A DNA stretch of 64,000 nt from positions 354,859 through 418,858 of the forward strand of contig JAIETW010000001.1 of assembly GCA_019744845.1 (NCBI GenBank), in the 5' to 3' direction. The DNA is from Patescibacteria group bacterium. GTDB lineage: Bacteria > Patescibacteriota > Minisyncoccia > Phycocordibacterales > Phycocordibacteraceae. Positions 1 through 9,252 of this stretch are shown piece by piece. Position 1 is the first letter of the stretch. Each line of letters opens with the position of its first letter. Made by a program: the position numbers and the translations under genes. The notes beneath the pieces are model-generated. The model was not told the DNA's origin and made no database searches. It saw only the letters and a list, made by a program, of their open reading frames with translations.

Positions 1-754
1 TCTCATCAAGACGCATCTGCGAAAGAATCTTGATACGCGCAACCACCGCTGGGTGTACTTTCTGAGGAAGCTCAAGCGAGGTATGCAAGTCACCATCCAT
101 GCGGAAACGCACGCGCGTTTTCTCTGGGGTTGGTTCAATGTGAATATCGGATGCACCTCCTTCTACTGCATAGCGAAGTACGGTAGCGACAATCTTGGTG
201 ACTGGTGCATCGGCTTTAATCGTCTCTTCTACATCCGCCTTTGATGTTGCCTTCACTGATCCGAGGTCGGCATCTTCTTTTTCAGTACCCTCAAATTCGT
301 TCAGTGCTTCACCCACTTCTCCCGTGAGGTTCTGGTACTCATCAAGGACGCGACCAAGATCTTCTTCAGAGATCACGAAGATCTTGTACGGCATGCCAAT
401 ACGCCCGGCAATAAACTGAAGTGCGTCAAGCGCTTCAATGTTGTCCGGATCTACGACTCCTACTTCAAGCGCGCCTTCTGCAACCCCAAGCGGCACAATA
501 CGGTAGTGCCGTGCAGATTCTTCAGGAAGATACTGAAGTACTGACTGGTCAATGGGTGCCGTTGCGGGAAGCATACGGGACGGAATACCGTATCGCTCAC
601 TCTTAAGTGCGAGAATATCCTCAGCCGTTACGCCACGAGCAACGAGTGCCGCCTCAACGGTTATGTTGTTATCGCGTGCTTCGCGTTCAATGACCGCGGC
701 ATCCCCGGGCTTCAAGAGCCCCTTATCCTGAAGCAGTGAGAGAAGATTCGTCAT
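1..754 (-). CDS. pilB: Type IV pilus assembly ATPase PilB/GspE family, N-terminal part (3' end runs off the window)
   Basis: Minus-strand reading from ATG (cat at 752-754) gives MTNLLSLLQDKGLLKPGDAAVIEREARDNN...ALVARGVTAEDILALKSERYGIP, which matches the T2SS/T4P GspE N-terminal domain. There is no stop before position 1. It lies just downstream of pilMNO. Confidence 0.6.
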   Translation of the reverse strand, partial: MTNLLSLLQDKGLLKPGDAAVIEREARDNNITVEAALVARGVTAEDILALKSERYGIPSRMLPATAPIDQSVLQYLPEESARHYRIVPLGVAEGALEVGVVDPDNIEALDALQFIAGRIGMPYKIFVISEEDLGRVLDEYQNLTGEVGEALNEFEGTEKEDADLGSVKATSKADVEETIKADAPVTKIVATVLRYAVEGGASDIHIEPTPEKTRVRFRMDGDLHTSLELPQKVHPAVVARIKILSQMRLDE

Positions 755-759
755 GCATG

Positions 760-1074
760 CTACTGGGCCGGTGCCGTAATACCAGGGAGTGGAGCAAATG
801 GATCGGGACGTCCTGCAACTTCAGGAACAATACCCGTGCGAATATCCCGCAAGGCGCGGAAACGTGAGTCCTCAAAAATCCCCGTGTTAAAGCTGATCGT
901 TCCTATTTCTGCCGTAAGGGCAAGGAATGCGCTCTCGGCTTCACTTCCTGGTGCCGTGACTTCAGTCACGGTGTCACCTGAATCACCACGTGCGAAGAGC
1001 ATGTACAGAGCGCCCAGCACGACAATGATGCCGAGGACGATGATGATGACGTTAGTGCGAGAAGCGTTGTTCAT
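760..1074 (-). CDS. Small membrane-anchored protein at the end of the pilMNO operon (possibly PilP-like)
   Basis: 104 aa ORF with one N-terminal hydrophobic helix (IIIVLGIIVVLGALYMLF). It is tightly packed between pilO and pilB. Confidence 0.4.
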   Translation of the reverse strand: MNNASRTNVIIIVLGIIVVLGALYMLFARGDSGDTVTEVTAPGSEAESAFLALTAEIGTISFNTGIFEDSRFRALRDIRTGIVPEVAGRPDPFAPLPGITAPAQ

Positions 1075-1079
1075 AAGTA

Positions 1080-1640
1080 TTAGCGAAGCCAGTAAATACG
1101 GAAGATCATGTCGTAGGTGTATACCCCGGTCGCAGAGTCTCGTACCTCAAGACCGACCAGATCAAGGAGACGAAGTGAGTACTCAGTTCCTTCAAGGAAG
1201 GCGCGGAATGCACCATAGGTACCAGTTGCTGAGACGGCGAGCGTAAGAGAATCTGCAGGCTGTTCACCAAGAGGAAGGCGATTCCCCACCAGTCCCCCTT
1301 CGGTCTCATTTTCTTCAGGAATGGCGACATCAAAGTTTGAAAGCCGTACTCCTGTGCGATTCGCAAGCGCATCAAGGTCAAGAATAAGCTGCACGTTATC
1401 TACGCCATTCGGGAGCATGGTCTCCAAACGAGCGAGATCCTCGTTGGAAATGGCATTCTTCTCCGAGAGAAGCTCATTCTCTTTCTCAGAGAATGCCTGC
1501 GCTGCATCAAGCGCGGTATTGTAACTGTCTACCTGCGCACGGAGCTCAGCCACCGGACCCGTATATGTCGGATGGATATAGCCAAAGAAAAGGCCTATTG
1601 CGATCAAGATACCAACGATGGGAATAAAGCGTGCGGTCAT
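1080..1640 (-). CDS. pilO: Type IV pilus assembly protein PilO-like
   Basis: 186 aa with an N-terminal TM helix followed by a coiled-coil and a periplasmic domain. Its 4 nt overlap with pilN (ATGA) and position after pilM-pilN fit a pilO assignment. Confidence 0.5.
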   Translation of the reverse strand: MTARFIPIVGILIAIGLFFGYIHPTYTGPVAELRAQVDSYNTALDAAQAFSEKENELLSEKNAISNEDLARLETMLPNGVDNVQLILDLDALANRTGVRLSNFDVAIPEENETEGGLVGNRLPLGEQPADSLTLAVSATGTYGAFRAFLEGTEYSLRLLDLVGLEVRDSATGVYTYDMIFRIYWLR

Positions 1641-2380
1641 AGGCCAACAGGTGATGAAGTAGATGCCGGCGACACCGGAGCTGTCGCAGGAGCAACAGGT
1701 GTCGTCGTACTGGTAACCGGAGAGCTCGTGCTCGTTCCCACAGGTGGTGTCGTCGTTGCCACAGGAAGAGCCGGCAGCTCAGGTACTGGGCGCTCACTTG
1801 GATCCATCATGACCAAGAGTGCCGGAGAAAGCTGCGCAGACACATGGAAGGAGACGGAGTTGTTTGCATTCACCGTAATGTCAGAGAAAATGGCGCTCTT
1901 GATACGCGTATCCGCACCAAACGCGTTTGACTGTGCTGCAAGCGCATTAAAGTTTCGCGCAATACCATTCATTTCAATCGTTGGTACCCCATCATCAGAG
2001 AGTACAAAGGTGAACGTACTGAAACGCACATTCGCAAGAGTAGATTTTTCAAGCACGGACAGGAACTGTGAGAGTGCGACGTGCTCATCCAACAGTTCTT
2101 GCGCGGCGGTAAAGCGATCACGCACACGAATGTACTCTTCCACCGTCGCAAAGTTGATCTCTTCTTCTGCCGTCTGAAGTTGGGTTTCTTTTTCAACAAT
2201 GACTGATTTGAGATACTGCTGGTACGCAAATACAAGTACCGAACCAACGACCGCAGCACCTAGGAGGAAGAACGAAATGACCAAGAAAAGATTCGCACCG
2301 CTTGCGCGAGGACGAGGTGCGGTCGGACGTACCGGCTGCTTCGGTACAAAGGACGTCGGTATGGTCGGAGAAAGAGCCAT
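1637..2380 (-). CDS. pilN: Type IV pilus assembly protein PilN-like, with a Pro/Thr/Ser-rich C-terminal tail
   Basis: 247 aa with a basic N-terminus, a single TM helix (LFLVISFFLLGAAVVGSVLVFAY) and a periplasmic domain. It sits immediately downstream of pilM. Confidence 0.5.
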   Translation of the reverse strand: MALSPTIPTSFVPKQPVRPTAPRPRASGANLFLVISFFLLGAAVVGSVLVFAYQQYLKSVIVEKETQLQTAEEEINFATVEEYIRVRDRFTAAQELLDEHVALSQFLSVLEKSTLANVRFSTFTFVLSDDGVPTIEMNGIARNFNALAAQSNAFGADTRIKSAIFSDITVNANNSVSFHVSAQLSPALLVMMDPSERPVPELPALPVATTTPPVGTSTSSPVTSTTTPVAPATAPVSPASTSSPVGL

Positions 2381-2445
2381 AGTGTCAGTATATCAGGCCT
2401 TCCTTTGTACGTAGTGCACTTCTATCCCCCATGTGGAAAGGAGTG

Positions 2446-3531
2446 CTACTCCAATTCTTCAAGCTTACGAAGCGCAAGCCCTACTGCAACCGCAAACTCC
2501 GGACCAATTTCTGAAAGTACCGGGCGCATGAACGCAGGAGCCGCCGTCTTTGCGAATGGATCCGCAATACGGACGTCTACTGAGAAGAATGTTTTCGCAT
2601 ACACCGCAAGATCCTTCGTGACTCCTCCTCCACCAGTCAGCATAAGCGCAGACACTGCTTTATTATGCGCCGTTTCGTACTGCACCATTACGCGCTTTGC
2701 TTCTTCAAAGATGCGCGAGAACACACCTTCAATCGTTGCGCGATCGTAGGATGTTGCACCGGTCCCGAGTCCAAACTCTTTCTTCTGAAGTTCTGCGGTG
2801 GGCATGGCGAGATTATGCGCTGCAGAGATTGCGCGCGTCATGTCCTGTCCACCGCCACGAATATTGTGTGACACGGCAACCACCCCACGCTCCACGACAT
2901 ACACCTTTGTCGCTGAGGCACCAATATCAAGCACCATCACCGGCTTCACGGGCTCATCAACGACCGAACGAATCGTACTAAAAATCTCAATCTCATAAAA
3001 TGAGGCATCAAGTTTGGCGGCGGTGATCACGCTTTGCAAAAGCGCGAGTTCATCATTGTGAACCGCAACCAAAAGCACCTTCACTTTGCGTGACTGCTCC
3101 GCTCCCTCTGGAAGAGGTTCAGGCACAATGAACCAGTCAAGCTGTACTTCCGTCACGGGCACGGGAATGTATTTACGTGCCTCAAGAGAAATGATGGTCT
3201 TCTGCTCTTCAGCACTATCACGACGTGGGAGTTCCACGAGCGTAAGGAGAGAACGAGAAAAAGGAATAGAAATACCTGCGTCAGTCGTGGTGATCCCCAC
3301 TTCACGCAAAAGATCAGTCAACGCTTCTGCAATTTTGTCTGCAGACAGATTCGTAGCAGTTCCGACTTCACTCCCTGCATAGGGACCAAGGGCAAGCTCT
3401 CCATAGTTTTCAAGCACCGCCGTGCCACCCTCGCGTCGCAACTGCACCACCTTGAGAGATGATGATCCTATATCAACGCCAATGACGCTTTTGCTTTTCT
3501 TTTTCCCGGCAAAAATATCAAGGATGCCCAT
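2446..3531 (-). CDS. pilM: Type IV pilus assembly protein PilM (actin-like ATPase fold)
   Basis: 361 aa. The N-terminus MGILDIFAGKKKSKSVIGVDIGSSSLKVVQL and the length and motifs are typical of PilM. Confidence 0.75.
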   Translation of the reverse strand: MGILDIFAGKKKSKSVIGVDIGSSSLKVVQLRREGGTAVLENYGELALGPYAGSEVGTATNLSADKIAEALTDLLREVGITTTDAGISIPFSRSLLTLVELPRRDSAEEQKTIISLEARKYIPVPVTEVQLDWFIVPEPLPEGAEQSRKVKVLLVAVHNDELALLQSVITAAKLDASFYEIEIFSTIRSVVDEPVKPVMVLDIGASATKVYVVERGVVAVSHNIRGGGQDMTRAISAAHNLAMPTAELQKKEFGLGTGATSYDRATIEGVFSRIFEEAKRVMVQYETAHNKAVSALMLTGGGGVTKDLAVYAKTFFSVDVRIADPFAKTAAPAFMRPVLSEIGPEFAVAVGLALRKLEELE

Positions 3532-4183
3532 GGCGAAAGTGTATCATGGCCCTATGCGCGCCCTTTCTTGGCTTCTTGATGTGCTCTTCCCTCCAAGAGA
3601 CACCGATCTCCTTGTACGAACTATTACGGATGACACGCTTGCGAGCCGCATGGCGCCGATGTCCTTAGACGACGGTACCGTCACTGCTCTTTTCCCCTAC
3701 CGAGACACGCTCGTTCATGCGCTCATCATTGAAACCAAATACTTCGGAAGTACTGACGCTGCCTCTTTGCTCGGCACACACCTTGCCGAATACTTGCTTG
3801 AGTATCTTGCAGACATCAATACTCTTGAAAAACGAAGAATCGTACTCATTCCCCTCCCTCTTTCACAAAAACGTAGACGTAGCCGCGGATACAATCAAAT
3901 AGAAAACATACTCAAGGTTACGGCATCACTTCTAGGTCGCGAAGCGGTGGTAGACTCCTCCGTACTCACACGCAGGATAGATACGACTCCACAAACCCAC
4001 CTCAGGAAGACCGAACGGAAAGAGAATGTGGCAGGCGCCTTCGCCGCACAGACTCCAGACCCGCAGTACCTATATATAGTAGTGGACGATGTGTACACCA
4101 CAGGAGCAACGCTCACGGAAGCACTTACTACCCTCAAAAATGCAGGGGCACTCCATGTGCGTGGCCTCACTCTCGCGTGCTAA
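3530..4183 (+). CDS. comFC: ComF/ComFC-like phosphoribosyltransferase-domain competence protein
   Basis: C-terminal PRTase motif YLYIVVDDVYTTGATLTEALTTLKNAG. The start is chosen at MAKVYHG (atg at 3530). The ORF track extends it upstream to 3422, but that extension would overlap pilM. Confidence 0.6.
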   Translation: MAKVYHGPMRALSWLLDVLFPPRDTDLLVRTITDDTLASRMAPMSLDDGTVTALFPYRDTLVHALIIETKYFGSTDAASLLGTHLAEYLLEYLADINTLEKRRIVLIPLPLSQKRRRSRGYNQIENILKVTASLLGREAVVDSSVLTRRIDTTPQTHLRKTERKENVAGAFAAQTPDPQYLYIVVDDVYTTGATLTEALTTLKNAGALHVRGLTLAC

Positions 4184-4206
4184 CGCCCTACTTGTATACT
4201 TCCTCT

Positions 4207-4932
4207 ATGAGCGAAAAAGCGAAAGGAGGACATAAAGAAAAGAAGGAAGGAAAAGAATTGCTCGCTTCAATAGAAGATTTCTCTCTTGCGAGGAACATTC
4301 TTGAGGGCGGCGGCGAGGTACTTCAAGAATATGAGCTTGAACGCCGCTTCCTTCCGAATCGCCTTCTGACGAAACAAGAGCTTGCCGCGCTTGAGACGCG
4401 TCTTATTACTCAGAAGTACGTCACACTCAAAGATGCTGACGGTACCCAAGTCGCCTTCCGTCTCCGCATTACGCGTAATGATACAGAGGGTCTCCTCTAC
4501 CGTATCGCACGCAAATCACGCATGGGAGAACTCTTTGGGAAAGAAGAGCGGCAGATCCGCTTTATGCCGCTAGCTGATGACCCTCGTACAAAAGAACACC
4601 AACAGCTTTGGAATCTCAGTACGTCTCGCTCTATTCAGCGCCAGCGCTACTACATTCCTCACACACTACCGAATGGAGGGACCTGTGAGATTCATTACGA
4701 AGTGTGGCTTGGCGGAAAAGAAGATGGATTTGTCCGCGTTGAGGTTGAGTTTAGTAATGATGAGGACGAGAAATACTATGAGGCACATGTAGAGGACCCA
4801 GGGATCCTTCCTGATTGGATTGGCGAGGACGTCACCTTTGAGCCGAAGTTTCTTGCAAAGAGCATTACCAAGGATGGCCTTCCAAAGAAGGCGGTGGCGC
4901 ACATGAAGGCACTCCGCAAGAAGGAGGGATAG
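4207..4932 (+). CDS. CYTH-like domain protein (triphosphate tunnel metalloenzyme family), tentative
   Basis: YELERRFL matches the CYTH ExExK-like N-terminal motif, and VRVEVEFSNDEDE matches the ExExE acidic motif. Start chosen at MSEKAKGG. Confidence 0.35.
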   Translation: MSEKAKGGHKEKKEGKELLASIEDFSLARNILEGGGEVLQEYELERRFLPNRLLTKQELAALETRLITQKYVTLKDADGTQVAFRLRITRNDTEGLLYRIARKSRMGELFGKEERQIRFMPLADDPRTKEHQQLWNLSTSRSIQRQRYYIPHTLPNGGTCEIHYEVWLGGKEDGFVRVEVEFSNDEDEKYYEAHVEDPGILPDWIGEDVTFEPKFLAKSITKDGLPKKAVAHMKALRKKEG

Positions 4933-4967
4933 CGTAGAGCTGCTTCAAATGGTACCTTGGTCCCCAC

Positions 4968-5054
4968 GGAGACGTGGCTGAGTGGTCGAAAGCGCCTCAC
5001 TGCTAACGAGGTAGGGTGTAAAAGCTCTCCAGGGTTCGAATCCCTGCGTCTCCG
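4968..5054 (+). tRNA. tRNA-Ser (anticodon GCU), type II with a long variable arm
   Basis: Acceptor stem ggagacg pairs with cgtctcc. Anticodon loop is cuGCUaa, there is a long variable arm, and T-arm cagggTTCGAATccctg. CCA is not encoded. Confidence 0.85.
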
Positions 5055-5056
5055 CA

Positions 5057-5851
5057 CTATTCTGGTTTTTTAAGCACAAATACATCTACCTGATTGTCTG
5101 GATTGACTGGGGAGGAGAAGTTAAAGAGTGAGTGCTCCAGTACTTCAAATCCAGATGCATCAAGAAGTGCCTGTACGTCCTCTATATTTTCAAAATACAT
5201 CTGTTCACCTAGTTGCCGTATGTCGGTATCTGGTGTGCCGTCATCTTTCACACAGGCAGTGTAATCAAGCACCTGCACCGTAAAGGTTTTAGACCCTTCA
5301 GGAGTTTCAATGGTATAGGGCTTCTCCGTGATCACTCCACCATGGGTCGTGTAGTAATCGTAGAACGCTTTATTGTGAGGATTACTAAACACACGGAAGT
5401 TAAGTGCTGCTTCCCCGCCTGGTTTGAGCGCACCGTACATCGTCTTCAGCATGTCCGCAGGAACATAGATCATCGCGTTCACGAGCATGCCCATCTCCAC
5501 AATGTTATCGGCAAGGACTGACTTGCTAGCATCCATGGCAAACAAATGCGCCTGCGGGAGTCGTGCCTGCACTTGCGGCAAGATGTCGGGCGAGATATCG
5601 CTCGCAAACAAGATAACGTCAGGGTCATTCGTAAAGAACTCAAGTTCAAATGCAGGACCACACGCAACGTCGAGCACGCCAATCGGAGTGCCAAACTTCT
5701 GCTTCAAGCGCTCAAGCATCGGCTTGTGGAATTGATCAAAATATTCGGGACTTTTGGCAGGAGTATTGATCTTGGCCGCATACTGCTGCTCACCCATGGA
5801 GGCGTAGTAACTGGATCCTGAACCCACAATCTCTGGTCCTTCTTTTGTCAT
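5057..5851 (-). CDS. Class I SAM-dependent methyltransferase
   Basis: Motif I VLDVACGPA with a Rossmann-fold arrangement. Confidence 0.65.
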   Translation of the reverse strand: MTKEGPEIVGSGSSYYASMGEQQYAAKINTPAKSPEYFDQFHKPMLERLKQKFGTPIGVLDVACGPAFELEFFTNDPDVILFASDISPDILPQVQARLPQAHLFAMDASKSVLADNIVEMGMLVNAMIYVPADMLKTMYGALKPGGEAALNFRVFSNPHNKAFYDYYTTHGGVITEKPYTIETPEGSKTFTVQVLDYTACVKDDGTPDTDIRQLGEQMYFENIEDVQALLDASGFEVLEHSLFNFSSPVNPDNQVDVFVLKKPE

Positions 5852-6531
5852 GCGCCAATTGTAGCAGGCGCATTCCGGGCGTCCACGATTCGGAAGGTGT
5901 CCCCTTTCACCACAATGTATTGATAGTCATTGAGTGGAATCGGAGTGCAGTCTTCTGAGTATGCGCGCGGGAGTCGCTCAGTAAAATAAATCGCACGAGA
6001 CCTTTCAGAACCCCAATGCGGCAGCACAATGAACGGAACGAGGTTAAGCGCTGCGTACCCTTCTATATTCGGTGCATGCGCTTCCATATCAGAACGATGC
6101 GCGGCACTAATCTCTGGTGCGGCAACAATCGCACCTGCACTCTGACCTATATATATCTTTCCTGCCCGCACATGCTCCTGGGCAAAAGGAATGAGTCCGC
6201 TTTGCTGCATTTGCTGAAGGAGATACAGCACATTTCCTCCTGCAACATATAGTATGTCTAGATTCTTTAGATCCTCTCTAAGCTCGGTGGATGTTTTTCC
6301 CGAGATCGTATATTCAAAGGTGTCCCATCCTGGAAGAGCCTGTAACGCCGCAAGATCAGCGTGAAGCCAGCCCTTCTCCTTCTCTACCTCCGCACCTGTG
6401 GTAATGAGTGCGACACGATAGGCCCCTGGTCCCACGTCCTTCGTAAGTACGTCAGCCACCTGCGCGGTAGAAGACGTGAGATACAGCGGGCCATTCATTG
6501 TCTTGAAGTATACCTGACCACCCACATACAA
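5848..6531 (-). CDS. Peptidase S51 family (dipeptidase E / cyanophycinase-like)
   Basis: ILYVAGGNVLYLL and IYIGQSAGAIV motifs are typical of S51 (PepE). A likely internal start is MNGPLYL. Confidence 0.55.
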   Translation of the reverse strand: MYVGGQVYFKTMNGPLYLTSSTAQVADVLTKDVGPGAYRVALITTGAEVEKEKGWLHADLAALQALPGWDTFEYTISGKTSTELREDLKNLDILYVAGGNVLYLLQQMQQSGLIPFAQEHVRAGKIYIGQSAGAIVAAPEISAAHRSDMEAHAPNIEGYAALNLVPFIVLPHWGSERSRAIYFTERLPRAYSEDCTPIPLNDYQYIVVKGDTFRIVDARNAPATIGA

Positions 6532-6580
6532 AGTTCATCCACATTCGCGCAAACTCATACTCCCTGGTATAGAAGGAGTA

Positions 6581-7426
6581 ATGATGCGATTTCTGAGAAA
6601 CCTTACCTACGCGTTTATTGCGATCTTTGCGGTCGTCGGACTCGCCTTTACCGCGGTATTTGTCGCAATGCAGTTCGGACTCCTAAACGTCCGCGGGTCT
6701 ATCATTGAACGAAACGCCTTCTTCGAAGCAACTCCTGAGACAATTAGTGAGCCCTGCGTGACAGAAGGACAAAACACGTGCAGCTGGAACGCAACTCCTG
6801 AGTGGGAGGTCGTAAAGGGCGGGCTTACCAAAGACGCCGCCATTATTGCCCGCGTCTCAGAGGAAACGGGGGTTAATGCGCGCTTGATTGCAGCAGTGGT
6901 GATTCCAGAGCAGATTCGCTTCTTCACTTCTGAACGCGAAGTCTTTAAGAGATACTTTGAACCACTCAAAATTCTTGGGTCTCTTTCTCAATTCTCGCTT
7001 GGAGTTTCTGGCATGAAGCAAGAGACTGCACAACTCGTAGAACAGTATGCGTATGATCCAACCTCTCCTTTGTATCCAGGGGACGGCATGAGTGCACTCA
7101 TTGCATATCCAGAAGGTGTAGACCGAGACACTGAACTCTATAACCGTCTCACCGATGATGAGAATCATTACTATTCCTACCTCTACACGGCGCTCTTCCT
7201 CAAAGAAATACAAATGCAATGGGAGCATGCAGGATTCTCGCTCAGTAATAGTCCAGACATACAAGTGACGCTGTTCAACATTGGGTTTGCAAACTCAAAA
7301 CCAAACGCAAATCCTCAGATCGGTGGTGCACCAATTACGGTCGGGGGCACGACGTATTCTTTCGGTGACCTTGGTGGACGCTTTTATCGTTCACACGAAC
7401 TCACCGAACTCTTCCCTCGCTACTAA
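6581..7426 (+). CDS. Membrane-anchored protein, possibly a lysozyme-like / lytic-transglycosylase fold (tentative)
   Basis: N-terminal TM helix. The IPEQIRFFTSE ... LGVSGMKQETAQL segment weakly resembles the SLT ES-x-F / GLMQ catalytic region. Confidence 0.3.
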   Translation: MMRFLRNLTYAFIAIFAVVGLAFTAVFVAMQFGLLNVRGSIIERNAFFEATPETISEPCVTEGQNTCSWNATPEWEVVKGGLTKDAAIIARVSEETGVNARLIAAVVIPEQIRFFTSEREVFKRYFEPLKILGSLSQFSLGVSGMKQETAQLVEQYAYDPTSPLYPGDGMSALIAYPEGVDRDTELYNRLTDDENHYYSYLYTALFLKEIQMQWEHAGFSLSNSPDIQVTLFNIGFANSKPNANPQIGGAPITVGGTTYSFGDLGGRFYRSHELTELFPRY

Positions 7427-7704
7427 TCGGTCTCTGCTTTCCGAAATCGCTGTGGGCTAAAACGTTCACCCATCATTCCTTCTAATTCAATTTCTTTCGT
7501 AAAACCACGCGAGTGTGGCTTCGGCTCAATATGAATAGCAGTGATTTTTCGCTGTTCTCCCTTATACATAAGGCCTCCTTGAATATCATGGAGCGCAATC
7601 ACCATGTCGCCAATCTTGGCGAGTTTGTTTCCCGATACTTTTACTCCCTCTTCTTTAAAACGCTCCGGCACCCCACCCAATGGTCGTGTGCCTTTCTCAC
7701 TCAT
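7423..7704 (-). CDS. Hypothetical protein (93 aa), co-oriented immediately downstream of purA
   Basis: ORF only; no recognisable motif. Confidence 0.3.
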   Translation of the reverse strand: MSEKGTRPLGGVPERFKEEGVKVSGNKLAKIGDMVIALHDIQGGLMYKGEQRKITAIHIEPKPHSRGFTKEIELEGMMGERFSPQRFRKAETD

Positions 7705-7706
7705 AT

Positions 7707-8711
7707 TTAAATCTTATCTTTGCTGACGGAGAAGTGCACATTACGTTCTGGAATACCGCTCTTCTTGAGACGAGCACGAACAAAGGCACGAAGGCCTGCA
7801 CCATTCTTAAAGATGTGAATTTTCTTCCCTTCACGTACCTTCCATACCCCTACCGTATCTAGTACATCCATCTTTGAGAGGACGAGGTGCGTCACGCCAT
7901 TCAAACGAACCGCACGCTCAAGCAGTTCAATATCAAGCCAGTTACACTGACGAGGACGTCCGGTGGTGGCACCGTACTCTTCTCCAATCTCGCGGATCTT
8001 TGGGAAGACCGGATCCTTGGGCTCAAACTTCTTCTGACCGACATAGGTCTCGTATACCTTTGCGATACCCCACACATCGCGCGCGGTCTTCGGTGCAAAG
8101 CCGTTGAGGAGTGCGCCACCCGACAAACAATGGCTTGAGGTGACGAACGGATAGTCGCCCCAATCAATATCAAGACCGAATCCCTGTGCGCCTTCACAAA
8201 GCACCGTCGCTTTCTTGTGTCCACCATGAAATTCTTCGTACACATCAATCAAGTATGGCTTGAGCGACTTCACACTCTCGGCACGTACGCCAATACGTGC
8301 GAACTTATCACGATACGCAGGACCGATGCCACGCTTCGTCGTACCGATCTTCTTGTCTCCTCCGTCCTCATGCTTGTGCGCTTCCGTCACAATGTGTGCA
8401 TTCTTTGCAACAAACAAACGGCCCTTCACTTTAATGCCGTGCTTCTCAAGCTCTGCTGCTTCCTTTTTAAGCACAATTGGATCCACCACACAGCCAGGAC
8501 CAATGATGGACTTCACACCGAAAAAGACGCCGACCGGAATCTGGTGTGTCACGAACTTTACGCCCTTATGAAAGATGGTGTGTCCTGCGTTTGCTCCTCC
8601 GTTGTACCGCATCACGTGCGTGTACTTGTTTTTCTTGCATAAAAAATGGGCCACTTTGCCCTTCCCCGAATCCCCGTATTGCAAATCAACAATGATATCT
8701 AGCTTAGTCAC
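7707..8711 (-). CDS. purA: Adenylosuccinate synthetase, short (archaeal-type, 334 aa) form
   Basis: QYGDSGKGK P-loop, GHTI, GTTKRGIGPAY, CEGAQG and GATTGRPR motifs. It lacks the roughly 100 aa bacterial C-terminal extension. Confidence 0.9.
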   Translation of the reverse strand: MTKLDIIVDLQYGDSGKGKVAHFLCKKNKYTHVMRYNGGANAGHTIFHKGVKFVTHQIPVGVFFGVKSIIGPGCVVDPIVLKKEAAELEKHGIKVKGRLFVAKNAHIVTEAHKHEDGGDKKIGTTKRGIGPAYRDKFARIGVRAESVKSLKPYLIDVYEEFHGGHKKATVLCEGAQGFGLDIDWGDYPFVTSSHCLSGGALLNGFAPKTARDVWGIAKVYETYVGQKKFEPKDPVFPKIREIGEEYGATTGRPRQCNWLDIELLERAVRLNGVTHLVLSKMDVLDTVGVWKVREGKKIHIFKNGAGLRAFVRARLKKSGIPERNVHFSVSKDKI

Positions 8712-8743
8712 GGCATGCCTGAGTATGCCCTATGAGCCGCGAA

Positions 8744-8768
8744 TTGGCAAAGCCCGATTTGGTACAAT
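8744..8768 (+). promoter_or_regulatory. Candidate sigma70-type promoter (extended -10 TGgTACAAT) for the 8797 gene
   Basis: tGgTACAAT at 8760-8768. A TTGGCA-like hexamer lies upstream but with short spacing. Confidence 0.3.
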
Positions 8769-8796
8769 ACTGTGAGTAATCTAACTAGGAACGTCT

Positions 8797-9252
8797 ATGA
8801 AGTACTTCATCATTCTCATTGCCCTTATTGCTCTTGGCACCATCGCATACTTCGCCCTTGGCGGCCCTGCGACAGAACCTGTCCTTGCCCCAACACAGGG
8901 AGAACAAGAGCAGCTCCCTGTCGCAGAGCCACAAACACTCTCTTCCGAAACCACAGTCACATACACGGACCAGGGTTTCTCTCCCGCCCAGGTCACGGTC
9001 GCAGTTGGGGATACGGTACGTTTTGTGAACCAGTCTTCTCGTGAGATGTGGGTTGGTGTAGATGATCACCCCACCCATACGAAATACGATGGAACCTCAA
9101 AAGATGAACACTGCCCGGGCACAACCGTCTTTGATCAATGTGCACGTTCAGGTCCTGGTACCTCATGGGAGTACACCTTCACTAAGTCAGGCACCTTCGG
9201 CTACCACAACCACGCAGGCGCCTCACACCTTGGCGTTATCGTTGTACAGTAA
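8797..9252 (+). CDS. Secreted/anchored small protein with a cupredoxin-like signature (tentative)
   Basis: N-terminal signal/TM sequence. VAVGDTVRFVNQS and a C-terminal YHNHAGASH His-rich segment. Classical type-1 copper ligands are not all evident. Confidence 0.3.
   Translation: MKYFIILIALIALGTIAYFALGGPATEPVLAPTQGEQEQLPVAEPQTLSSETTVTYTDQGFSPAQVTVAVGDTVRFVNQSSREMWVGVDDHPTHTKYDGTSKDEHCPGTTVFDQCARSGPGTSWEYTFTKSGTFGYHNHAGASHLGVIVVQ

Noticed and set aside
1572-2177. 201 aa plus-strand ORF (and several 60-130 aa ORFs between 836 and 3382) antisense to pilN, pilO and pilM
   Set aside because: Fully embedded antisense within well-supported pil genes. Low-complexity Gly/Val/Thr-rich translation typical of the reverse frame of coding sequence.
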